Source of the DNA: Spirogloea muscicola
Taxonomy: Eukaryota
Length of the DNA stretch: 46,306 nucleotides
Assembly (NCBI GenBank): GCA_009602725.1
Contig: WELB01000032.1
Span: forward strand, 618,641 to 664,946
Direction: 5' to 3'
Made by a program: the position numbers and the translations under genes
Notes under the pieces: generated by a model
What the model saw: the letters and a program-made list of their open reading frames with translations, nothing else
What the model was told of the DNA's origin: nothing
The model's database searches: none
In this document: positions 35,569-46,306 of the stretch, piece by piece
Layout: the number at the start of each line of letters is the position of its first letter
How positions within the stretch are numbered: position 1 is the first letter of the stretch

Positions 35569-38500
35569 ATGACCACGCGCGCCGCCCGGAGACCCCGCCT
35601 CCTCCTGTGGCCGCTGGCCCTGCTCCTGGCGCTGCCGAGGGCCTCAGTGGGCGATGGCGCCTCGGGCAATGGCCCCGGCTGGTGGGCGACGGAGCGGTTG
35701 GCAGGGCCGCCGTCGTCGCTCCACTTGCCGCTGGTGCATGGCCGAGCCCTGCATGGCCTGGGTGCGCCGCAGCCGGCTGGCGGCTGGCCAGAGAGCGCCC
35801 GCCGCCGGGACCTGCGGCGGCTCAATCGGCGCGGCACAGACGTCCCCTACGAGCTGGGCGGAGACTTCATTCACGTCGGGTGAGTGCTGCTCTCGCTGCC
35901 TGCAGCACTGCCGAGGAACTTCATCTTGTGGCCATCACAGCAGGCTATAGCTCAGCCTTTGAGGAGCCCATTATTGAGCTCACCCAGAATCAGGAAGAAG
36001 GCGAGGTGCGACAGACATGGCCTCCGAAGCTGACGCGCAACTCCAATTGACTGTACATTCCTAGCGAAGTGGACAAGCGAGGAGTACGGGCTGAGCACCA
36101 GTGGCAGGTTCAGCTGATATGCAGCAGCCTGCTGTTGGCGGCGCAGGTCGTACTATGTAAATGTGAGCCTGGGGTCGCAGGCGCAGAGCTTCCACGTCCA
36201 GGTGGACACGGGCAGCGACCTCTTCTGGGTCCCCTGCAACTGCTATGCCTGCGCGCAGACGTCGTCCTTCCTGGTTTGTCCACATCTCATTTAACCCTGT
36301 CACCAGTTGGGTGCTCAGTGTGGGGTGTCGGTTGCTGCTTGGGACACATGGACCACCTCCCAAAAGCCGGCACTTTAATACCTTAAGCCTAATTACCTTG
36401 GCAGGGCATTGTGCGCGAGAGTCATGGCCACCATTGGCCTGCTGCCGCAGCTGCCTCCTCCTCAGAAGATGACCTGTCATGTCCGAGCTTCATTGCTTGC
36501 TGCAAAAGAGAATGTCCATTGTCCGCGCCTCTTACAGCAGGGCCAGTTCTCCATAGAGGGTGAACTGACGCTCCTGCTTGCTTTCGAACCCTGCGCTGCA
36601 GCCAGTCAGCAAGCCCTTCGAGGAGTCCCGGTCGGCCACCTTCAAGGAGATCCACTGTCGCAGCGATCTCTGCCGCCAGCTGGCGTTGACGCCTCCTGCC
36701 GTCTTCGGGTGCGACCAGAAGCCGCAGGTTGTGCAGTGCGAGTACCTGTATACCTATGGCGATAACTCTTCCACCCAGGGATTCCTCATCAACGACGTCC
36801 TCCACTTTGACTATGGCAACGGCACTGCCGGCCAGGCTCCTGTCAACTTTGGGTACATTATTCTCCTGTGCTGCTTGACATATTGGCATGTTGCATGCTC
36901 ATAATCAGGATACAGTGCTGTGAAGAGTAGACCTGTCCTGTTGACTCTGGATTTCCAACTGAGAATGAGACTACTAGCCTTCACCTGTACCAGTCTCTGG
37001 ACCTTTCTCCTTCGCATTCAAGTAACAGGTGTGCGCATCTTACGCTCTTATGACCATGCCATCACAATTGTTCCGCCACTAAGGCTCAGTCAGAGCTCTT
37101 GTCTCTTTTCATGCTGCAGTTGCAGCTTCCTGCAGACCAAGGGCCTCGTGGACGGCAGCTTCGGCCTTGACGGGATAATGGGCCTGGGCCGGGGAGTCAT
37201 CGGCCTCCAAACGCAGCTGGCAGCATCCTCGGTCGTGGACAACGCGTTTGCGCTGTGCCTGGAGGGCGAGGCTGCTGGAGGCCACCTTGTGCTTGGCACT
37301 GTGATAGCCCCGCGGGGCATGCACTACACATCCCTGCAGGCCATGGACTCCGAGTAATCTGTGCTGCCCAGCTACATGCATGTGAGATTGTATTGCTTGC
37401 TGCTTGTTTATACCAAAGGACAACTTCTAGGCAAGTCTCTGTGATCTCGCTTCTAAGCCAACATAGACCGAGGAGTGTCACGCAATGGCGTCATCTTCCA
37501 AGTAGTAAGAATTGTACCTTACTGTATTGCTGTAACAAAAGAGTAGTATTTGTTGTACCTTACTGTATTGTCTATAACAGAAGAGCTCCTAACCAAGTCT
37601 AGCACATGCCTTGGAAAGTGAAAGTATAGCACATTGCAAATTAAGCAATGCAGTCATTGTGTTGGTGGAATGCAGCACCTTCTACTACGTTGATATGACG
37701 GGAATTCGGGTAGGAGGTGTCGCCTTGGAGCTCAAGAAGAGCCTCTTTACTGTGGACCCGTTTCAGGGTAAAGGCGCGTTCTACGACAGCGGCACAACCT
37801 TCACCGTCCTTCCTAACAAGGCCTATTACTTGCTGTGGCAGTCGGTGAGTTCTGGAGCTATACGAAAATATTCTTCTCAAATAAGCCTTGTCCAATCTCA
37901 CAAGGCTGCAGCATTTAGCACATTCATCTGACATCCTGCAAGCAGATAGTCATCCTGCTATGTATACTGTCTTGATAATGTAGCTGATTGGAGCTTCTTA
38001 CCTCCCTGCATTAATCATCAGATTAAAAACAGCAGCAACCTTCAGCAGCTCAATGAGACGGGGAGCTTTGACTGTGTCAGTGGTGCACCTATGTAAGAGA
38101 GATCTGTATCGATTGTCACAGATACACAAATTTTACCCTCTGTTTGGAGCTCTTGTGATGGTTCGCACCAGTGCAAGCTGCTGCTACTTAATGCTCCAGC
38201 ATAATGATGGCATGTTGCAGTGGTTGCCTTGAAAGGATTTGTTACTATCTGTCGCAGATCAGACGAGAACCTGACTTCCATATTCCCAACCGTGAGCGTC
38301 ACCTTCGCCAGCGGTGCCGAGTGGCAGCTCTCTCCACTGAATTATATGTTCAGACCGGTACTGCTGAGAGGCCCAGACTCAGAATGCACCGTCTGCCAGT
38401 GGCATGAGAGAATATTGCTCCCCACTTTGGTGTCCAAAAGAAGTATTTTTGTCTTCAAAATGTGCGCTTACATGCTTTTGATACTAGCAGCTTCTAGCAA

Positions 38501-41500
38501 TTTCTTTCGCTGCAAAGTGAAGCTATTTCTCAAGTCCCAACTACATGTCTGAAGCCAACTGCAGCTTTGTTTCATTCTCACAAGATCGCCCCGCAATTCC
38601 GCGCCCTCTCCCCCCTGGCTCCCGTCCCTCACTCTCCCTGGGCCTCCACTGTTCCATTTGCGCAGCCACCGGAGACTGCCACCCCAGACACTCTCTGCTT
38701 TGCTGCTCTGAACAATCTCCACAATCGCGCCTCTCAACAGACTGTCTTTGGTGGTCAGAGCCATGCCCCAGGCTTGCTGTTGCTGCTTGCCTGTTCTGCT
38801 TTTCAGAGTGCCACAATGCTCCTCTTGTTTTCCTTCACTTGATTCAGTCAGGGGTCACGTGCCCTTCTTTTGCCTCCCGTTGACAATCTTGCTGGTCAAT
38901 ACCTACAGCACAGGTGCCCACATGTTAAGAAGTGAAGCTGAAGCACTGCAGTTCCTGCAGAGACGTGGATGCGTAACTTCTACATTTACTTTGACAGAGT
39001 GGCCAGCAGGATCGGTTGGGTAGCCATGAATTGTAAGGTTCTCTTTACTTCATATCATCAAGCTTTGCAAACCCTTCGACTAGGTCGGCATGATAAGCAG
39101 GGCAGGGCTGATTGGCTTATCCCAAGGTATGCTCAGCCCTGATTGACTGAGTCGGAACCTAAAGCCTAAGTAGAGGCTTGCAGAGGAAGCTGAAGTTTGA
39201 CAGTGCTGCCTTTGTTGATGATGAGCCAGGCACCACTGGGCAGGTCCTCGCAGAGGCTCCTCCGCCGCAGGCGACCCAGCCGGCTCCTCGGCCAGCAGGG
39301 CCATCTCCACCTTTGCTGCTGGTGCCCAGCCCCGCTCCAGTGCAAGCACCCTCACCTCTCACACTGCAGTCCCCGTCTCCTGTGCTGACTCCGTTCTCTC
39401 CAGCCCTGAGTCAACCAGCTCCATCTCCATCCCAGGGTCAGTACCCTCCTGATATTGCCTGCATAACAGGAGGGATTCTAGTACAGCATGCACAGGATTA
39501 GTCTTCTGTATTGCTTCGTTCAAGGCACAAATCAGTTCAACGGCTGGGTCCTGAGATCATGTTGACCTGCCCAAACAGGCGCCCCATTGGTGGAAGCCTC
39601 CTTCGCATTGTCCGGTAAAGCAATCAAGACAATTCTGACACAGAAAATTACCCTTCTATTGGACTTAAATTTCCAGCTGGCAACCCCTTCAACCAAGGTG
39701 TGTACTTCCATTTGGTGACTTTATCATGTGTGTGCCTGGTGGGGCCTTTTTCTGGTCATTCCTCGCAACAATCCACAACTGGCTGAGCTTGTCACTATGG
39801 TTGAGCAGGTAACGATCGAAAAGGTCCAGAGCACAGGTTTTAGAGACAGTCTTACGACATATGTACAATTTGCGATCATCCCCAGCAGCGCTGATACTAG
39901 CAGTATGTGAGTGCCCTGCTCCGGCTTCATAACGGATCGCTCTTTTGAATGAACCCATTGGCCCTTGTGTCACCTGTTCTTGCTGCCAGCCTCTCAGTAA
40001 GCTGTTAATCTTTCTGGCAATGCCTCCTTTAACTCTATCTAGTGCTTTCCTGGGTGTGGCAGACCAGAGCTGGAGTTGAGGACAATAAAAGGAGCGTTTG
40101 AGATGCTTCTGGTAGACCCCCTTCGTCTGCTACTATTTACTGGACTGGGAGAACCCTCCCAATTTGAAGTCAGTCACCTCTCAGCTCAAAGGGGCTGAGT
40201 TTTCCATCCTGCTTGTTGACGTTGTGTTTAGTGCTTACAACCCTGCACTTCAGCACCATTGTTCAACAAGCTGTGCATCACTGGAATGTCAACAAAAGCA
40301 TCTAAATCTATCATATTTGAGCCTGCAATTTCGCCGCTTAGCACACCCATCATGGTCCTATTGAAGCCTTGCTTCTCTCCTGCTGGCTGTGGCCTGCGAT
40401 GGTCAGCCTGCAAAGGCACATCTCCAAAAATGAGAATGCACATCTCCATGAAACAGCATGTCAGCCCCTCAAGAGCAGACTGCTAGACAGCAAAGCTTTC
40501 TGGTGATGGCAGGTACTCCACTTCCCATCCACTGTAATTGGGACTTCAAGACAAGACGGGCAAAGCGTCCCCCTCGTTACCTTCACCCTGCAGGCTGTTC
40601 CTGCAACTATTGAGAACAACGAAATGCAACTGACGAATCAGCTGGCCACAGCCCTGAAGCTCAAGCCAAGTGAGGTGAGAAGCCTGTGACTGCTCAATGA
40701 AAGTTTGGCGCCATGCAGCTACAAGGAGACTGTGTATTATGCTGCATGTGCTGCTACATCTTGTCTTCACTTCCAATGCCTTCCTGTTTATTCCTGATGA
40801 AGTAGCACTTGTGACCCAAGCTTGCATGTACACTATATAAGGGAATGAGGCAGCAAGTTGTTCGTCCGTCAGTCTGTCCAAGGCATTGTGACCACATCTT
40901 GCTCATTGTTTGCAGTCTGTACAGTACAACGTCACAGCTTCGCCTGCTGGGCAGCTCAAGCAGAGCCACGACAGCAACAAGACTACCATCGACTCCTTCT
41001 CAGCAGTAGAGACGCGGATTGTATCCCCCACAGGCACCACCTTCTCCGAGCAACGGCTTCTACAGATCGCAAATTTTGTCACTTCTGCGGTTACTAATGG
41101 CACACTGAGCTTCTACTCAAGTGCTTACGGGTCACCCAGGGAGGTATCTGCATCCAGTACCCTCAGGGCCCTCGCTGGGGGCATTGCTTATAGTCCACCT
41201 CATAGCCAACCTTCATCCAAACCACCACCACCACCACGTCCACCATCTGCACCACCGCCACCATTGCCTGCTCGCGGTATGGCTTGACCTCCCTATGACC
41301 ATGTGCTTCAGGAGGTGTATGGTAAGATTCTTATTGATGCGTAAAAGAGAAGTACTTCAGTCAATGTTGTCATCCTCACATATGGAACACGCAACACTGT
41401 ATTGCCCTTGGTCCCTGCTATGACTGGATATGTTGACAATCCTTTTAACCGTTGATCATGCTGTCAATCTTCCATGGACAGGTCTTGCTTGTACACATCT

Positions 41501-41570
41501 CCAGATCAGTCTAGTGGTGTTCTGGCTAGGACTACTTCTCAGCTTGGTACTAGTGAACTCAGAGCAATAA
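35569..41570 (+). CDS. Secreted A1 (pepsin-like, plant atypical) aspartic protease with Pro-rich linkers, tandem DUF7036/SEA-like domains and a C-terminal hydrophobic anchor
   Basis: The signal peptide LLLWPLALLLAL is followed by GSYYVNVSLG..VQVDTGSDLFWVPC (Asp at 36205), YTYGDNSSTQG, DGIMGLGRG, AFYDSGTT (Asp at 37785) and FYIYFDRVASRIGWVAMNC. The model continues in phase through exons 39230-39436, 39579-39697, 39809-39906, 40063-40168, 40513-40674, 40916-41276 and 41482-41570. Confidence 0.88.
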
Positions 41571-41720
41571 CTCATGCCGAAAAAGGCGTTTGCTTAGTTG
41601 CGCCTCTTTATCAATTTTTAGTCAGTTTGTGGAACATGACTGCTACATCCGCAACCTCGTCGATTGGCCGAAAATTTTGAGCATATTCACAGCTCACTTT
41701 CAGCTCCTAGGTTCTCCCTG

Positions 41721-41858
41721 ATGAGGTCTTCCGCAGGTCATGTGGGGTTCGAAGGATTTCGTCGTTCCAATTATTATGCAGCTCAAGCTGCAGCAGAACG
41801 TGTAGCAACATGTGTAGCCATCACTTGGATATATGGGGTTGTCCGCCTCAGCCTGTAA
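41721..41858 (+). pseudogene. rps11: Fragment resembling organellar/bacterial ribosomal protein uS11
   Basis: SSAGHVGFEGFRRSNYYAAQAAAERVA resembles the uS11 signature S-G--GF-G-R--T-YAAQ-AAE. No flanking uS11 sequence was recognised. Confidence 0.5.
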
Positions 41859-42180
41859 ATCTGTGCTCTCACCAGCATCACAGCACAGAAAGTTGCGGAA
41901 GCTTTACACATCCTCGAGTAGTGTTTCAGCAGCAGGAGCAGTGGCTTGGGTTACTATGATCACTGGTGACTTCAGCATAAATTGACAATGAATGCTCCAC
42001 AGTAGAACAGGATTCTTCACATCCTGAGACAATATGGTAAGGGGCAAGCTTAGTAGCAAGCCTTCTAGGGCGGACCAAAGAAGGGAGACTAAGATGAGCA
42101 GAGCTGAGGTGAGATTGCGTTGCTGCTGGAGTGCAGTAGCGTGATGCTGGCACCATGAGCTCCTGAGCCTCGAATTTTGA

Positions 42181-42252
42181 GCAGATTGGTGGCATTGGAT
42201 GTCTAACAGCAGAAGTGCAGATTGGTGGCATTGAATGTCTAAGAGCAAGAGT
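42181..42252. repeat. 36-bp tandem duplication downstream of the CDS stop codon
   Basis: gcagattggtggcattggatgtctaacagcagaagt / gcagattggtggcattgaatgtctaagagcaagagt. Confidence 0.9.
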
Positions 42253-42303
42253 GCGAGATATACAAGGGGTGCTTGCGTGCTTGCCATGGACCCTCTGCTG
42301 TGC

Positions 42304-45300
42304 TCAATCTGCAAAGGGCGTATGTAGCGTTCTACAGTGCGACTTGGAGAGTGTTGCACCAGCTGCACTGCACAGGTGTCGCCCAAGCTCTAGATAAAGT
42401 TCCTGCTGCTCCTCAATTCTCAGCTTGACAACCTGCAATCACAAAGCAAACCAAATAAGCTTCTGGCAAAGGCTGGGGCGAAGGCTGGCCTTTAGCTCCA
42501 TGCACACTAACATGCAGCTGACTGTAGTTGTCCCATAGTGAACTTGTGAACAATAAGAATTTTCATCGTGTTTATTATAGGCTACAGTGATGCTCTAGCA
42601 ATCAACCAATCAAATTGCAATAAGCTGCTGTGCAAATATAGAAGGAGGTATTCAGATGGCGCCTCAGTGACTTGACCTTGGACAAGAGGCTCTCCACAGA
42701 TACGTTGGATGATGAGATGAATGTGTGGTACCAAATCCAGGAGAACATGGCCATCACCATCTGCAGTTGAATACGTTGCATTTTAATGTGAACTAAGGAT
42801 GTCAGCACAAGGCATCCAGACACATGAAAGAGCACAAGATGTCGTACATCTTCTTACTTAATCAAAGTACGTGCTTGACAGACCTGGCAGTCCATGCGAT
42901 CTGTTATGCCACCGTGACCTGGAATGCTATCTCCAAAGTCCTGCAATGTACGGTCCGAGCTCCACATGAGCGGCACTGCCAAGGCAAGCAGCAAACTTGC
43001 AACAACATAGGAATGGAGAAGGAGGGACAGTGTACCTTGATCTTAAAAGCACGTTTGAAACCGGAAGCAAAGAAGCCTCCAAAGGGAGCAATGCTTGAAG
43101 CAAAAACGCCAAAGGCTATGGCATGCCACTGCACAGGAGTGGCTGTGACGGTGTCCTGATGCAGCTGTCATGAAGCATCAATGGGCGTATCATTAGGAAG
43201 ATAACAAGAGAACAAGATATAAGTACTAATGTGGGGGGGTGCTTTGTGAGGTGAACTATGATCAATGTGGTCAGAAGTGATAATAGTCGTGATCGGTATC
43301 TACATCCTTGATGGATTGACTCAGCGCAGAGTAATGAAGTTGCTTGCCACTTTCTGGTGCTTCTTACGGACCTCATTCATCAGCACTCACTGCAACTTTG
43401 TGAGGGCATGTCTGAGCTTCATGCAAAACAAGGGATCAAGCTTACCTGACGTGGGAGCCAGTAGACTAGGCTGCTAGGCACACGATATGGTTGCAGCCGG
43501 AACATATTGCCGGGATCACAGTGAAGACGTCCTACACCAAGATCCTACAAGCAGGTGCACCAGTCGACATGTACAGTACATCCATGAAATGAGGTGGACT
43601 GCTCTTCCTCTGAATAATGCATTTCACAAACCTAGATAATTTGAGACCTCGATCTTTCATGCAAGGCTGCTCCATTTCCCATGCCCTTATGGCACAGCCA
43701 TAAATACGCTTGGTAAGTAACAAGGGGCCAAATATAAGGACTTAGGGTATTCATAGAGCTCACCCGACGAGGACAGGTAAGCCAATCGAAGCGACCCATA
43801 TAGCCAGCCAGCTGCACCCAAAAATGTAAGAAATATGTCAACATTGGCGAATCTTTGTTTATGTCTCGTCCTGCTACATGATGAACACACAATGAGATAC
43901 AAACAAACGCCCAGTTGTACTGAATGAATGTGCGCAGCTTGAATCATCAATACACAAAAGATGTGTATGATACGCTTGCTTGAGCGAGGCACTTCTGCGT
44001 AGATGGCCTAGAACATATACAGACCAGAAAAGCTGCAAGTATTGTCGTGACAGAAGCTCCTAAAAAGCCCTCCCATGTCTTTTTGGGGGATAGCTTGATC
44101 AAAGGCGTTCGCCCAAAGAAGACACCAAAGAAGTATGCCGCACAATCATTGATAATGATGAGAGACGAAGGAAGAAGAAACCTGGTCAGCACATAGTCAA
44201 AGATAAGGTCAACAATGTCATCTTTCCCCTTGCATATGCTATTTGGGCAACAGAAGCGCATCGTGAAATGCTAAACTGAAGCTTGCGCTACACTGCTCAG
44301 CTCAAGGTTATAGTCCCAAGGGCCACGCTTCGCACCAGATAATGCCACGAAAGAGGTTCGCCACAAAAAACGATGACTGGAATAGAACAACGAACAGGAT
44401 CATGTGCGACCAGGCATACTGGCCAAACTGGGCCTGGTATGACTTCTTCTGTAGCCGTAGGATGAATATTACAAAACCTGTAAATAGTAAATAGCTCAGC
44501 ACCTGGTCAGTCCTAGCAGGTTGGTTGTGCGATTTTGGTTGCATGAGATTCACAAGCACATGTAAGCAAAACTTAGTGAATGTCACTTGAGACTTGCAAA
44601 AGCCTGCAACCTCTGCGTGCTCAGTGGGTAGGGTACGGCCTGTAGGATCTTGAGTTTGCAAAACAAAGACATCAAGACGAAGGGGCAAGTAAGACATCCA
44701 GAGGAAAGGTCTCTGCTAACATGTTTCTGGACTAAGCCCCTCTCTTCCTTTCTTTTTGGAATATACATTCACAGAGAGGTGCTGAAAATGGTAGAGCGAA
44801 AGTAGACAGGATTGCATCACCAACCAGTTATGTACATGGCATAACAGATGATGAGATGGTAGTCAACGAGCTTCACAACAAGTATCTTAGTGAAATGATA
44901 CTCTTCGTCTCGGAAGGTGGAAACCGTTTCAAGGAATTGTTTGTACATGAACCTCCCATATACGTATACCATGGCTGTGAAGAAGAACCACCTGCGCAGC
45001 TCCCACCTTGATCAGATCTTTGTAGGCCACTTTCTACGCTGGGCAACAGCTTCTGTGATGGCAGTAAAGACGCCAGTAAAGATGCTCTAATACTCAGGGT
45101 TTGTAATGGATGCTGCACTCTGAGCGGCAATGGTGAGGCTTCGCTTCCAGCACAACGCGTCAGAGTAGGACCGCTGCCTAGTGAATGAAAATTGCTCTTG
45201 GAGCATCTACGCACCAGTTTAGGAATCTGAAGCTAGGCAGAGCGTGCTTCTTCTGCTTCTGAGCATTGTTAGCCAGACCAAAGAGCTCCTTTGCCATCAA

Positions 45301-46306
45301 TGTCTGTGAAGCACACAGGTCATGCTGGCGTGATCAGCGAAATGCAAACATACCAATTGCACAGCTCAACCTTGCCCTTGTTTCAGAATTCTCACCCAAG
45401 TTAGTCCAAGCCCAACCTTCTATCGTCTAGATGTGACCTTGCCAGTCAAGCCCGCACCATCAAATCCTTTCAGATGAAAGTGCAGCAAGACCAATCCTAG
45501 CAAGGTGCCAAAAGGAAGTCAGCAGACTGATGCCGCCAGTCTGAGGGAAGTGGAAGCTCAGCGAGCCAATTACCATCTCAAAGCTCTCCTTCAGGACCTC
45601 AGACCCTGCACCAGCACCTTATGTGCCTGTGACTGCATGTGACGAAATGGGACAAGGTGCTTGCCGTCGCATGTGTGCACAGTGTGCCAGAGCCATAGGA
45701 TTACCTGGAGGAGAATGATGAGGGCCCACACGTAGACGTGACCGAGGTATATGATGGCCACGAAGCCCGCGATCATGACCGCGCCGGACAGCACCCTCGT
45801 GCGCATGCTGCTCAGCTTCTTGAAGTTGCGGCGGAGCTGGTCCTTGGGGCTGGGTGCCATATCGCCCTCCTGCGCCCCCACCCCGCACAGCCGCTGAGGC
45901 GCGGCCGAGGAGATAGGAGCGCCGTGGTAATCGTCGCAACAGTGCTCGGGACCCTGTCTATGGCCCTCGAGGATGTAAGTGCTCTGCTGGCCTGCTCAGC
46001 TCTCCGGCCGTCTGGTCCCAGCGTTGCAGCTGTAGCACGGGGGCGCTACAGGGAGCCATAGGGGACGTTGTCGTAGCCGGTGCGCCGAGCCGCAGGAGCA
46101 ACGGCGCCTCGCCAAGAGGCTCAGACGAGCTGGATGGAGCACGGGGGGGACTCAAATCCCAGCGCAGGGGCTGCGGGCGAGGGACTGACGTGGGAGTGGT
46201 CCTCGCCGGCTGCGCCGGCGGCGCCACCGTTTCCACCGGAGCCCTGCCGCCTCCTGCGGCGCGGCTGCTGCGGCGGCCGCTCACGGGCCGCCGTCGGCGG
46301 CGGCGG
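42304..46306 (-). CDS. CDS1: Phosphatidate cytidylyltransferase (CDP-diacylglycerol synthase), eukaryotic CDS1/2 type; 5' partial
   Basis: Exon 46190->46306 (PRRRRRQGS) is followed by [120 protein letters not shown] and [10 protein letters not shown], with the stop at 42304-42306. Confidence 0.96.

Overview
GC-rich, gene-dense eukaryotic nuclear DNA with many short GT-AG introns. The gene content is plant-type, most consistent with a streptophyte green alga or early-diverging plant lineage (inference only). Ten spliced protein-coding genes were reconstructed by hand: BES1/BZR1-family transcription factor (+, 5' partial), RRP15 (-), FCF1 (+), E2F dimerisation partner DP (-), eIF2A (+), BASS1-like Na+/metabolite symporter (-), VPS3 (-), RNA polymerase II largest subunit RPB1 with about 37 CTD heptads (+), an A1 aspartic protease with an unusual C-terminal extension (+), and CDP-diacylglycerol synthase (-, 5' partial). 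Three pairs are head-to-head on CpG-rich islands. The most notable items are: the protease fused to a tandem pair of plant DUF7036/SEA-like domains and a hydrophobic anchor; a perfect 13-bp palindrome of telo-box-like and site II motifs between two ribosome-biogenesis genes; a probable U12 intron in eIF2A; a BZR protein apparently lacking the BIN2/14-3-3 phospho-module; a three-copy ~100-bp inverted repeat; and an isolated uS11-like fragment. Single Ns at 4833, 17069 and 24954 probably mark assembly gaps. All family assignments come from motif recognition, not database searches.
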